This document shows positions 41,151 through 54,170 of a DNA stretch of 64,000 nucleotides, in pieces; within the stretch, counting starts at the first letter, position 1, and each line of letters begins with the position of its first letter. Source of the stretch: Octopus vulgaris (taxonomy: Eukaryota); assembly GCA_951406725.2 (NCBI GenBank), contig OX597815.1:106950001-107014000 (forward strand). The letters are read 5' to 3'. The translations under genes were made by a program, and so were the position numbers. Under the pieces are notes generated by a model. It saw only the letters and a list, made by a program, of their open reading frames with translations. It was not told the origin of the DNA and searched no databases.

Positions 41151-41269
41151 TATTGTTTCGAGTTTGTTGGTTTATGATAAATGTCAGTTACAATTTGGAT
41201 GTTGACTTAATTTTATCCTATGATAAAAAAGTCAACATTATGATTTAAAAAAAGGAAACAATATCTTCT

Positions 41270-41885
41270 ATTTAGCTCATGCCACCCGAAACACATCAAA
41301 AGGAATATTCCTTTCAATTTAGCAAAAAGGATTTGCACAATAGTGTCTGATGGAAATACCTAGGACCTCCGTCTTCAAGACCTCAGAACAACACTAGCAA
41401 AAAGACAATATCCACCCTCACTTATAGACGATGGGATGAAGCGTTCCAAGAAATTAGGAAACAATACATAGCACCACACCACATCTCAAAACACTACCAT
41501 ATATATCCACACACAACCTAGAAACAATGCGGCATACAACACTATTGTACAAAATTTACCTATGCTTACTAGGAATCTAAAAATGAACAACGTTCTGAAA
41601 ATATATAAATTCATCAAATGCAAAAAGCTACACAAATCGCTGAAAAGACTTCTGACAAATGCGAAGCTTTACACAACAGCAACGAAACCAATGGATAAAA
41701 AATGTGGACGGCCAAACTGTGGAACATGTCCCAACCTGCAGGAAAGATCAGAATTCCTATTCAAACAAGGACAGAGGTTCACAATTAAAACCAACTTCAC
41801 TTGTGCTTCCGAGAATCTAATTTATATTATAAATTGTTCAGGTTGTGTTATAACTTGTTCAGGCTGTGGACATAACTTATAACAT
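41270..41885 (+). mobile_element. Penelope-like element fragment (RT C-terminus, Zn-linker, GIY-YIG start)
   Basis: PFNLAKRICTIVSD..RQYPPSLID; KCGRPNCGTC..FTCASENLIYIINCSGC. Confidence 0.85.
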
Positions 41886-41957
41886 ACTCTTTCATTTATA
41901 AAATAAATAAAAAATATATCAAAACTATGAAAATAGTGTGCGTTTTCTCTCTTTTCT

Positions 41958-42003
<46 letters not shown>

Positions 42004-42113
42004 TAAATTGACAGATATGTACATACACATATATATGCATATATATATATATATATGTGTACACAGAAAAACACACACACACATACACACACAGACACAC
42101 AGACAGACAGACA

Positions 42114-42159
<46 letters not shown>

Positions 42160-42164
<5 letters not shown>

Positions 42165-43341
42165 GGGGAATTCACAAAAAATGAAAGACGAAAACAGGTG
42201 GTGTAGACAACAAACAGATGTATTAGTTTAACCCTCGGGAAGTGAAAAAGTAACGTTTCGAGCCTAGCTCGTCCACAGAAAGGAACACAGAAAGAAACAA
42301 GGAGAGAAAATAAAGAATGAGCAGTGGCTAGCGATCTATCATGGAGAATGTCGTACAAAGGGGTCACACAGGAGAACTAGGAAGAAGAGGAGATAATAAA
42401 GTAGTGGTGATCCCAAAACAAAGGTGTGCGTGCATGTGTATATGAGAGTATGTATGTGCGTGTGGAAGAGAGTTGGTGACCTTGACGTGTGCATGTGTGT
42501 ATATGTAGGTGTGTGGATGTGGAGCTGGGAAGTGGCCAGTGGTAATGTGTGCATGGTGGTGTGATGTGATGTGTGGTATGGTGGTGTATGGAGTAGGTGT
42601 GTGTGAAGTAATGGTGTTTGGGAGGTTGGGGAGGCGAGAGTGGGGAAAGCAACGGTGGGTTGTGGGTAGAGGTGGAGTATTAGGTAAGCTGAGGGTGGGG
42701 GTAGGGGTAGGGTATGTGTTGGTGGGTGTAAGGGATGGGATGCGGTGGGATGATAGGGAAGGTGGGGTTGGATTGTGTAGGGGTGGGGTGGGGTCGGTTA
42801 GGGAAGATGTGCGAAGTGGAGGGGTCGTACTGGAGTGAGGTCGCGATGATACAGTCGTCAATATAACGGCCGTATAGTTCGGTAGTGGGACCAACGAACA
42901 GGTTAGCATAGTTGGGGCCCATTCTCGTTCCCATGGCCACTCCCGAGAACTGCTGGTAAAAATCACCAGCGAATGAGAAGCATTTGAGTGAGAGGACACG
43001 TTCAGCCAGACGAACGAGTGTGGATGTGACAGGTTGGGGGTGGGGTCGAAGGTCAAGGAAATGTTGGAGTGTACGCAGCCCCTCGTGATGAGGGATCACT
43101 GTGTAAAGGCTCTGAATGACGAGAGTGAAGAGAAGTTTAGAGGGGCCAGGAGGGAAGGAGGAAGAGTTGAACAAACGAAACGCGTGGTTGGTGTCATAGA
43201 TGTGAGAGGGGAGAGAAGACACTAGGGGGCAAGGACACGGTCAAGATATCTGGAGACAGAGACGATGGGGCAATCAGGGTTGTTAGGTTTGTGGATTTGG
43301 AGAAGGAAGTAAATAATAGGGGTGCGAGGGGTGCGGACAAT
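42160..43341 (-). mobile_element. Penelope-like (Poseidon-type) element with internally deleted RT and pLTR
   Basis: ORF 42680-43222: SLYTVIPH, QFSGVAMGTRMGPNYANLFVG, RYIDDC; hammerhead-like gagctaggctcgaaac near 42255. Confidence 0.9.
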
Positions 43342-45080
43342 ATACGAACATTCCATATGATTTAGGACTTACTACCATAAAATATTAGGTCGAGAAACAT
43401 AGAGAAGTGATCCCCAGTAGATTTACTGTAACCTTCATACTAGACGCGGTCAGCCTCATTCTCAAAAACAATACATTCCTTTTCAACGGAAAAAAAGCTA
43501 CCTCCAAGTTCAAAGCACAGCTATGGGGATGCGATTTACTCCAGTTTTCGTGAACTCAATATTGGGATATGTGGAACAAAACCTATATTAAAAAATTGAA
43601 GAGAATTACGGCATGACCTTTAAAAGAAATATAGAAGACACATGGAAAAGATACCTCGATGATTGTTTCCTAATTTGGATCAAATTCCTAGAAAATCTGG
43701 AAGAATTCAGCAGCCTCCTCGACAATGTACACCTTAGTCTCAAATTTACAAGAGAAATGAGCAAAACACAATTGCCATTTCTTGACATAATGATAATTAA
43801 AAACAACACCACAATCACAACTGATATTTATTAAAAAAGCACCGATACACACCAGTACCTAAATTTCAAATCATGCCACCCAACACACACTAAACGCAAC
43901 ATCCCGTACTGTCTAACCTGGAAAATTTGTACTATAGTCGATGATCCAAATATCAGAAACACACGGCTTATAGAACTCAAAGGATTTCTGCTCAAGCAAA
44001 ATTACCCTCTCCTACTTATAGAAAATAGTATATAGAGAGCAAAAGTGGCACCTACAGAACAACTTAGGACAGCACGATAAAGACGAACCCATCAAAAGAA
44101 CACAACGCTATTTCTAGTAACACAAAATCCGCATCACCAAAATATTTTAACACCATCAAAACAAATTTGCCAATCATAAAACAAAGAGAAAAATTCAAAA
44201 AAACATAAAAACTAATCAAACACTTATCTGAAGCAAAAGGCAACCACATAATCTAAAGAAACTATTAACAAAGGCAAAATTCAACCCGAACAAACATGAT
44301 AAAGCATTCACAGTATCCAAGTGTAATGATAACAGATGTGGAACCTGTCAATACATGCATGCTAGTAGGTCCATAAGAACAAAAAGTGGACAGATTTTCG
44401 CAAACGCAGATATGAACTGTAAAAGCAGAAATTTTATCTACTGCATTAAATGTCCGAATTGCGAGGAATTATATATAGGCGAGACAGAGAATGCATTATT
44501 GGAATGCTCACGAGTTCACAGACAACAAATCCGGAACACCGATGTTCGCCAAATTCCATTGAGCGAACATATAGAGACATGTGATCAGAAAATGTCTCTA
44601 ATTTTTCATTTCCACAAACTACATGACACACAAGTGTGGTTGGAAGAAAGATAAAAGAAAAACGATTTATCAAAATGTTCAAACCTGTTCTGAACGGAAA
44701 TAATAGCAATAATATCACAACCAGTTAATGATGTGGGTTAAAAAAATATCTTTAGCTTATAAATATAAACGAATTACAGAATATTGGTACGCTTGGCAAA
44801 CCGGCATGTTTGAGATGCATGTGGATTGGTTAAAAACCTATTCTAAAAATTCAGCTTGTTGGAGCGTTCTGAGAGGGACTAAAATTGACAAGAACTCAAC
44901 TGTCAGTTAAACACATTTGAAATCTGATCATTACTCGATGTATGAAAGTACTAATTTAACTTTATGAGCATTACAAAATTTTTTTAATGGTAAAATACCA
45001 TAAATACGTGAAAACCATCCCAGGTTTTAATTTTATTCAGCTGATATATTTTTCTGTACATTCACACAAATTCGAAACAA
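43342..45080 (+). mobile_element. Penelope-like element: RT + GIY-YIG, decayed
   Basis: YTNIP, TAMG, WKRYLDDCF, LPFLD, CNDNRCGTC and FIYCIKCPNCEELYIGET..HRQQI motifs. Confidence 0.9.
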
Positions 45081-45082
45081 GG

Positions 45083-45143
<61 letters not shown>

Positions 45144-45144
45144 G

Positions 45145-45209
<65 letters not shown>

Positions 45210-45217
<8 letters not shown>

Positions 45218-47820
45218 TCGGGGTGAGTACTTGATAATTATAAGCACCTGTGTATACTGTTTGGTGGTGTAGGTGGTGGAGTAAATTGATCAAAATAAAA
45301 TAAAAACATGATGCGAAGGATTCAGCGGTACATATGTTTCGGGCCTTTATTAGACAGATTTATAACAATGCATAATGTATGTCTGTGGCCTTCTTCAGCC
45401 GCGCACAACAGCTTCCGCAAGGACATGTGTTACATCAAAAATTCTTGGTTGGGGATGCAAATCCTCTCATTCACGTACGACATAATGCGGCAGCAGCATA
45501 GAATTGAAGCGTCCATCTCTTTCTTCTCTCAATGTAGAATGAGGAAAATTGGATGTTGAGGTAATGTAAATAAATAAATACATATATAGAGGTGAAGGTG
45601 GAGGGGCGAGAGTTCGGGACGAGGGATAAAAAATGTATAAAAAGTGTAAGTATAGAATAATATAAAAATGTAGAGGATAAAGATATAAAGAGTTGTAAGG
45701 AGATGTAAAGGGGGTATAAAGAAATATAAAGAAATGTAAATAAATGTAAAGGCATAAGGTTATAAAGTAAAAATAGAAATAGAAATAAAAGTAAAAAAAT
45801 CTGATAAAACCATGATAAAAGTGTAAAAGAATGTAAAGATAAGGGATGTATAGAGGTTATGGACCAAGCATGGTGTTCAGGAGATTGATAAAATTTAGTT
45901 GTAGAATTGTCAGTAAATCAACAGTAAATCAACAGTTTCGTCTGGGGACTTAATGCGTTGTAAATCAGAGCTGATGAGCATTTCATCTGGTTCCTTGAAT
46001 TAAATGGACTTCTAGTACATACATATCATCATGGATACATACACCCACATACACGCGTACATATACGCCTCCAAGCATATAAGCATACACACGCACTCGC
46101 GTGTAAACACGTACATAAACACACACGCACCCACACGCACGCGCGTACACACACATACATACACCAGAATATCCGCATATAAACACGGACATTACGCGCG
46201 TACACGCTCACATGTATATACGCGCGCCCATCACTACATACACACACGTATATGCCCACGCCTCTAAGTCCAGGTATAAGATATTAAAGGATGTGTATAA
46301 GAACGTAAGTAAAGAATCCCGTACTCATGTCAATACGCGCACGCACACACGGCTGTGTGTCCGTATGTGCGTGCACATATACACTCACATACACACACAG
46401 AGAGACACACGCGCACACGGGTATAGCTATAAGATATCGAAGTATGCATGTACATATATGCGCGTGCATATGTATGTATGCGTATACACACGTACGCGGA
46501 CGCTCGTATATTCAAAAGATGGATCCATAGGTAAGTAAATAAACATATATAGAGGTGTAAAGCGATAAGTTAGGGGTAAGAATGAGGGTAAGGGTAAAGA
46601 TTAGAAATAAAAAATACAGTATAAAATAAGAAATACAATGTAATAGTTAGAAATGAAGTATAAGAATTATAAAAATTATAAGAGTTAAGGTAAGGGATGA
46701 AAATGAAAATGAGAATAAATGGAAGTAGAATAAAAGTAAAAATAAAATTAAAAATAAAAATAAATGGAAGTAGGATAAAAGTAAAAATAAAAGTAAAAAT
46801 AAAAATAAAATAAAATAAGATAAAAATATAATTTTGTAAAGTTTAACATGAGATGGAGGTGGTTGAAAGTTAGAGGTGTGTGTTAAACGTAGGGGCGGGT
46901 GGGGGGGACTGAAAATTGGAAGGGTGGGAAGTGGAGTTTGGCGGTGTGCGTTCAACATCTGAGTTAGAAATGTGAAAGGGTATAGATATAGGGAATTAAA
47001 GAGACTACATAGGGAGGATATGGGTGTAGGAGAAGAAATATTTAGGGAAAAGAAGTCCTATATGGGAGACAAAATTTGTATATATAGGGGGAAAATGCAG
47101 GGAACCGTATATGCACATACACACACCCACACACGCACACACACACGCACATGTGTATATATATGTATATGTACACATACGTACACGTATGTGCACATAC
47201 ATACGCACACACACACACACACACACATACACACGCACATATAGGAAAGCGGGATGTGCTGGAGCCGACAGGTTGCACCGGGTGGGAGGAAATTGCATGG
47301 GGGAGTTGGTATAAGACCTAAGCATTGTAGTATTTGAAAGTATTAATAAGTTTATGTATACAGGATGGTTTGAACTCTGACCTTTTGTTAATAAGATTGT
47401 GTTTGTCTTTGAATTTCAAGATGTTCAGGAGTTCTACACAGCATAGTTGGCATCCTGCTCTATTATTTAAATAAGGTGCAGCTGATCCGATGATGGACCA
47501 TCTGAGTTTGAAGCCTATGCATTTGTCTTTTAATTCCCAAATTCTTTTAGAGAGGGAGGTGCTGTTAGCCTTATGTCTGTGTCTCAGCGAGGACCGGTGG
47601 TTGTAGTATCTGGATTTCCAGGAGGTTGAGCAACCAATATAGGTGAGTGTGTTAAACTGAGTACTCACCTCACATGAGTATATTACGTTTTTCGCCCTAC
47701 ATGCGCCCTGCATACATTATGCATTGTTATAAATCTGTCTAATAAAGGCCCGAAACATATGTACCGCTGAATCCTTCGCATCATGTTTTTATTTTATTTT
47801 GATCAATTTACTCCACCAAT
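45210..47820 (-). mobile_element. Penelope-like (Naiad-type) element, 5'-truncated with inverted pLTR copy
   Basis: Uninterrupted GIY-YIG ORF 47318-47713 (NVIYSC..YIG..RYYNH..LSKRIWELK..CQLC..NKRSE); 45275-45381 recurs as an apparently exact reverse complement at 47711-47817. Confidence 0.9.
45325..45402 (-). ncRNA. Type I hammerhead ribozyme motif in Penelope pLTR
   Basis: gcgg CUGAAGA aggcc...ggccc GAAAC auau GUA ccgc; stems I-III pair. Confidence 0.75.
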
Positions 47821-47844
47821 ATATATATATATATATATTTATAA

Positions 47845-47910
<66 letters not shown>

Positions 47911-47929
47911 GAGTATCTTGCATACATCG

Positions 47930-49000
47930 CACAACCCGTACGTTTAAATATTTTAAATGATAATATTGTAACTATTCCTAAATTTTTCAAATTCTAATTC
48001 TTTTTAACCAAATAAGAATGAATATACCATACTGGTTTTTAATTCAACATACATAGATTACTAAAAAAACTTCATTGCAAACTTGGAATTAAATTCCCCC
48101 TATTTTCTTTTTTTGATAATCTCCTATACTAAATAGTATAAAGTCTATGTCCTTAAAGTTCACCTTGATTATCTCACTTCCATTTCTTAATATATCATTA
48201 ACCTAGGATATTTTTACTTAACTAATTAGCCTTTCTCCGCGGGTAGTAAATATTATGTCTAACAGATTCTATATTTTAATTCATTAATAACATTTCACTA
48301 TCTACGAAATCTGAGTAATTTACTCTTCTAAATTACTTCTCTTCATAAAAATAAATCACCTTCTCTAAACCTATGAAAACCTTTCTTCTTGATTACTCCT
48401 CTTCCAGTTTTCCTATTATATATATTTGAGCCCTAATATATTCACTTGACTAATAAGACTTTTGTCCTCAGTTAATGAGTATTATGCCTACTCATAATAA
48501 GTGATAGATTTTTTCTCCAAAATGAATAAATATTAGATTTATAATTTCTCCTTTAATCCAACGTATCAGAATATTCAAAATCTACCAGCTAAGTATAAAG
48601 TTGATGTATATAAGTATAAAAGAATCTCTGTATTCTCTATAAGTGGTCACTGTGACCATTTGACATTGCCTTAGTTTTCCTAATACAAAATCTGTTTGCC
48701 AAATAGTTGTAAACAGCCTCTGTAGCATTACAACCCTCCCTCTACCTTAATTCCTTTATATAGAACTTTGACATCTATTTCACCCCTATTTCTATAAATA
48801 GAAAATCTTTCTTGTCTCCTTTCAATTGATCATTTTTCCCAAACCTTCTAGAAGTTCAAAACAACTGAATATTCTGAATATTCTTCAGTCAGTTGATAAA
48901 CTCTACTACCTTAATGTTCTTAAAATTTAAATCGACATCTTTGTCTATATATCTACCTTCTCTATAATGTTATCAATTGATATGAAAATTATGTATTAAT
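47930..49000 (-). mobile_element. Highly decayed L1/Tx1-like APE endonuclease-to-RT region
   Basis: EGRYIDKDV..IKVV near 48930 and GHSDHL near 48650 on the minus strand; many stops. Confidence 0.4.
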
Positions 49001-49129
49001 GGAAAACCTCTATTAATGGCTGATGATTACTCAACATTTTAAAACTGTTGTAATACTTACAATATTTAATAAAATGATGATCGTACCAAATTACCGAAAT
49101 TATTCATGTTGCTTATTTTGATTATATAT

Positions 49130-49585
49130 ATATATGAGAAAACAAAAAATGGAACAAGGAGCAAGAAGGCAACAGGCGAAAACAAAACATCCGGACAGTT
49201 AGAAGATACAAAAAAGGACAGGAAAAAGCAAGGACGGGTCATTCAGAGCTTCCTATCCTTAGTTGAGTTTCAGATCATCTTAGCAGTTTTGGTCGGTTGC
49301 ACTCGAGACTGCTCCAATCGAGCCGGCCCCAAGAAAATCTAAGCTAAGAGCACTAGACTCATTGGAAGAAAGCAAGCGAATGTATACGAAAACAAGGACG
49401 AAAAGAACGTAGAAATGGTGTACAGTTACAAATACAAACAATAGGACATTAACAACAGGTGTCTTTCGACTAAGGACGAATTAAATGAAGGTGGGTGGCG
49501 TGTGTGGAAGGGAAGCTTTACGGCAGGAGCATAAGAGATGAAAGTCATGGGAAGGAATATAAGAGATGCTACACGGATGGTAGCC

Positions 49586-49621
<36 letters not shown>

Positions 49622-49765
49622 AATCAGACACCAATCAGACACATGGAAAGTTCATAAACAATCCAATCCATAAAGACATAGCGAAAAGAAGTTTACACCG
49701 AGTTATTTTGGTTCTCATCTGACGATCACGGTGGCAAGAAACTTCAGTCGCAAGAAATGAATTCA
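49130..49765 (-). mobile_element. Penelope-like 3'/pLTR remnant
   Basis: Related to 62650-63470 (gatcatc..gcc..ccaagaaaa..taagc motifs). Confidence 0.45.
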
Positions 49766-49794
49766 CTTGAAAAAACTCTCTTTTTCTGTCTGTC

Positions 49795-49866
<72 letters not shown>

Positions 49867-51314
49867 CCTTTGTATGTGTGTGTGCTTATGTATATGTATG
49901 TATATAGTGTAAATGCAATGAACAATAAAAAAAATACGCAGGAAGGAGAAGGCTTTTACAAATATGTATTAGCTTAGCGCTTCAATAGTAAGAGAAAGTT
50001 TTTGATGTTTTGCATCTTAGTTCTTCATCAGAAGAAAGACGAAAGCATAAAGGGAGTGAGAAAAAGGAAGAGTCAGTGAGAAAGAGAAAGAGAAAGTGAA
50101 AAAAGTAAATAGGTGAAGGGTTACAAACCTGGTAGAAATGCTGTTCCATGGAGAAGAGTTAAAAAGGGAGGTGTGTGCATGTGTGTATATGCAGCATAGG
50201 CGTATATTCGTGCCTGGAAGTGGGCTGAAAGGGAGTTGTAGGTATGTATTTTGGTGAAGCGCGTGTATGTGTACACGAAAGTGCAAGTATGGAAGTATGG
50301 TAGCGTACGTTAGTGGGGTAGGAGGTGCTGGTGTGTGTGTGTTAAGTGGATTGTAAGAAAATGTGCAGGTGAGGTAAGAGCGAGTATGTGAGTGTGACAG
50401 AAAAAGATGTTGGTAAACCTAATGATTGCAAGAGGAACATGGAAGGTGTGATAGCTGTGTGTGCAAGTGTATGAATGTGTGACGTTTCAACACGGAAGAA
50501 GGGTTTAAACTAAAATATGCAAGAGTAAAAGGCATAGGTTCTGCGAAGACAAGAAAAGCCAAAGAAAAGATAAAAGAAGAAAAATTACTGACTACTGGTA
50601 AAAAGTCCAGAGAGGTTCGACGGGATGTCAAAAGTATGGTGAGGAACTGGTAAAATCTACAAAGAATATCGATGTTATGTGTAATGAGAATCTGGAAGAG
50701 AACTATCAGTGTTGAACAGAGTGAAACTCAAACTGACACATCTGGCTTAAAAAAGAACTTTTGAATGTTCGTAATATAAAACAATTGAGGCAGAATTTAT
50801 CTCTTTTAAAAGAATAGTGGAAAGTGAAGAGAGTTAACCAGTAGAAGTAACGTGTGAGTTGTGGGTGGGTTTTAGCAAGTGAAAGAGTGAGTAGTAGTAA
50901 AGAGAAGGTAACAAGTAGGGATGAAAGAAAAGAGTGGTATACAGGTGTCAAACAAAGTCAGAGTAACCCGGTAAGAATGAATTTAGAGGGGAGTGAGCTT
51001 AACACATGCGTGTACAAGTGGGTGGGTGACTGAGTCTGCACCCACATACCGCTATGTGTGTATATGTATGCGTGGGTGGGTATAAATGGAGAATGGTGGT
51101 ATGTATGAGACTGCCACTATGTGTGCGTATGAGTGTGCGTGTGTGCATGCGCATGCGTGTGTGCATGCGCATGCGTGAGCGCGTGTTCTGGCATTGTTTA
51201 ACAAATTACATTTTTGCCGTTTCTTCCACTTCCCGTCATCTCTGTCTCTACTTCAATATCTTTAAGCTTTCGTTTTGCGAGTGTGTGTGCAAATATTTTG
51301 TAAGTATGACTTAC

Positions 51315-51374
51315 GTTTTGTGTACAGTCCCTTTTGAAATTGGTATGAAAGTTTCGTCCTTCTTACCTCCGATT
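51315..51374 (-). CDS. SPATS1: SPATS1-like, internal exon
   Basis: Acceptor gttcctttcag|, donor |gtaagt; 60 nt, phase 2->2; IGGKKDETFIPISKGTVHK(T), matching the recalled SPATS1 KKxDTFIP motif. Confidence 0.88.
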
Positions 51375-51589
51375 CTGAAAGGAACAGCATAAAAAAAAAC
51401 AAGTTGAATAAATAGGTATAGTACTGTGGTTAAACGATTTGCCATGCAGCCACATAGTTCGATTCCGCTGCATGTCTTTTTGATCAAGTGCCTTATACTA
51501 TAACCTCAGCTTTATCGAAATGTTGTGACTGGAGTTTGATGGACATAGCTGTGTGAAAGCCTGACATATATGTGTCTGTATGTATGTCA

Positions 51590-51960
51590 TTGTCCAGTTT
51601 TATTTCAAGATTTCTTGCTAATAGAGAAAGAGTCGGTTTCTAACCTAGATTCAAGGCTCCTTCATTGGAATTTCAACATCAACAACAGGGTATGTATGTA
51701 TGTATGTATGTATGTATGTATGTATGTATGTATGTATGTATGTATGTATGTATGTATGTATCTATTTACATGTGCAGATTTGTATGCTTTGCTTTATGCA
51801 TGTATTCTCATGCACATAGTTGCATATCTAGACATGCTCATATATATTTAAATGATAAACTTCTGGAAAGTTTTTACAGATTTTTAAATTTCAATGATTG
51901 CTTGGATCTGTAGTCTTCGAATTAGCTTTCTCCTTTATGGTTTTGGGAAGCCAAAATTCG
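51590..51960 (-). mobile_element. Two short 3' ends of the (CATA)n-associated RLE families separated by (TATG)n
   Basis: 51590-51689 resembles 1118-1200; 51760-51960 resembles 11400-11570. Confidence 0.7.
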
Positions 51961-53129
51961 ATCGATTGCATGAAAAGCAAAGGTGACCATGGCATTTTGT
52001 CTGATGCGTGAATGATTCTGTCAGTCCCTTACCTTTGTAATACTAATTAGTGTATAAATATCAGATAAACTAATATGATGGTTTTCAATTAAAGAACTGT
52101 GCATTACATAGCAAAGAGATATTACATAATTACATAGCAAATTATGTCTATCCTTCATGTAAGTTACATATGGACTTCGTTGTCCAGCATGCTCTCGAAG
52201 GATTAGAGTCTTACCATTACCTATGTCTCAGCTATTATGACTTCGATTTGACAGAAATTTCTGAAGGCCTGACTTTGCTGAAGTGCAGGAAGAAATTGAG
52301 AATTAACTGCTAAGATTTGTTAAACATTCCGAACAGTAATTGGAGATAGAAAAGAGCAATGTCCTATTAATGCAACTTCAACCAAGTTTCTATCACTTGC
52401 TAAGTGAACTCATCGCTAATTACAAGTACCTGCCATTTTATCCCCTTAAATCAGAGACAATAATTTGTCACTTGGCATTAGCAGGGTAGGTTATTCTGTA
52501 ATATTTGTAATGAAGAAAAAAAATATCATTAACGTTAATGATAATTCTGTAAAATTAGTGAGGATTCCTGTAAGAATATCAAGGGAGACCACTAAAAATT
52601 GCAAATGGATAAAAAAAATTGAAAAAGTGTGGGTTTGATCTTTGATAAGTACAGTGACAATTCTGGACATATTTCAAATCTCCTCATCAAAGTCTAGTTT
52701 AACAAAACTTGAGAATGACAAAATATTTTAGATTAAAAAACATTCATTGATTAGTCAGTTTATAATAATGACGAAGCAATAATCCTCAGGGTTGGTTTTT
52801 TTTTTCTGTAAAGAAGGTATAATAAAGTAGAGGCTAGCATAGTTAGTAGAATGAACCAAAATTAATCTAATGAAGCGCTATATATATGTTTTAGTATTTT
52901 CTACTAGAAACAAGCATATAAATCAATATATGAATAAATTACTGAGATTTTAATGTAAATATGATTATAACAAGACAAATTTGAGACAGAAAAGGAAAAC
53001 ATTTCCAGTGATAAAACATGAGTCACGTGTCTATCGTTTTCTCGCCGACTATACGCTACAGGTGGTACCTTATGGAGATAAGACAGCACAGTTATAATAA
53101 AAGAAACAAGTTATATTTCATTGTGAGTG

Positions 53130-53830
53130 TAGAATGCCGGTTTGTGAAGTCACTCACAAACACATTCCAGTCTCTGCTGTTTGCTTTTTCTACCGCCACT
53201 ACAATGACCTCTAATCCTCGCAGCTAACGGGTCTTTGTGTCTCTTCAACTAGGGTAATTTTGACTAATTTGTTTCTCCTCTTCCCATTACTCATGTTGTA
53301 CCTCTCTTCTCTTCCCAGGTACTGCACTAACCACTAAGACCATTTCTTACTTCCCAGGATCTTTTCTACTCTAGGCATATGGTCCGAAATTTTGGGGGGA
53401 GAGGAGCAGTCGATTAGATCGATCCCAGTACACAACTGGTTCTTAATTTATCGACCCCGAAAGGATGAAAGGCGAAGTCGACCTCGGTGGAATTTGAACT
53501 CGGAACGTAACGGCAGACGAAATACCTATTTCTTTATTACCCACAAGGGGCTAAACATAGAGGGGACAAACAAGGACAGACATAGGTATTAAGTCGATTA
53601 CATCGACCCCAGTGCGTAACTGGTACTTAATTTATCGACCCCGAAAGGATGAAAGGCAAAGTCGACCTCGGCGGAATTTGAACTCAGAACGTAGCGGCAG
53701 ACGAAATACCGCTAAGCATTTCGTCCGGCGCACTAACGTTTCTGCCAGCTCGCCGCCTTCCTTGCTTCCCAGAATGCTATCCCTCTGGAATTCACTTTCT
53801 ATATTATTTTTCCTGTAACAGTTTAAGCAG
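53130..53830 (+). mobile_element. LINE C-terminal fragment interrupted by a SINE concatemer
   Basis: FYRHYN before the insert and PRMLSLWNSL after it; cttcccag repeated on both sides of the insert. Confidence 0.5.
53365..53760 (-). mobile_element. SINE family A dimer with the same internal linker as 28556-29060
   Basis: Two gtcgacctcgg(c/t)ggaatttgaactc cores joined by cctatttctttattacccacaaggggctaaacatagagg. Confidence 0.88.
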
Positions 53831-53954
53831 AATGTAAATGGCTCCAGTTTCACCAATATTGGAGAGCACTCGACGGTCATAGGCACTACCGCTTATTTCA
53901 AACTGAACTTATAAAAAAAAGTGGAGTTTGTAATGTTTAATTTTCTTCATGAAC

Positions 53955-54011
53955 AACGTCGTCGTCGTCGTCGTCGTCATCATCATCGTCATCATCATCA
54001 GCATCACCATC

Positions 54012-54043
<32 letters not shown>

Positions 54044-54170
54044 CATCATCAAAGTCGTCGTCATCATTTAACATCCGTTTTCCATATTGGTATAAGTCAG
54101 ACGGTTTGACTGGAGCTGACAAGCAAGAAGACTGCACCAAGCTCTACTGTCTGCTTTGGCATAGTTTCTC
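53955..54170 (-). mobile_element. RTE-type 3' tail with (GAT)n
   Basis: Minus strand ggaaaacggatgttaaatgatgacg..(gat)n. Confidence 0.5.

Noticed and set aside
42364-43056. 230-aa Pro/Thr/His-rich ORF
   Set aside because: Alternative frame of the Penelope RT plus low-complexity pLTR sequence.
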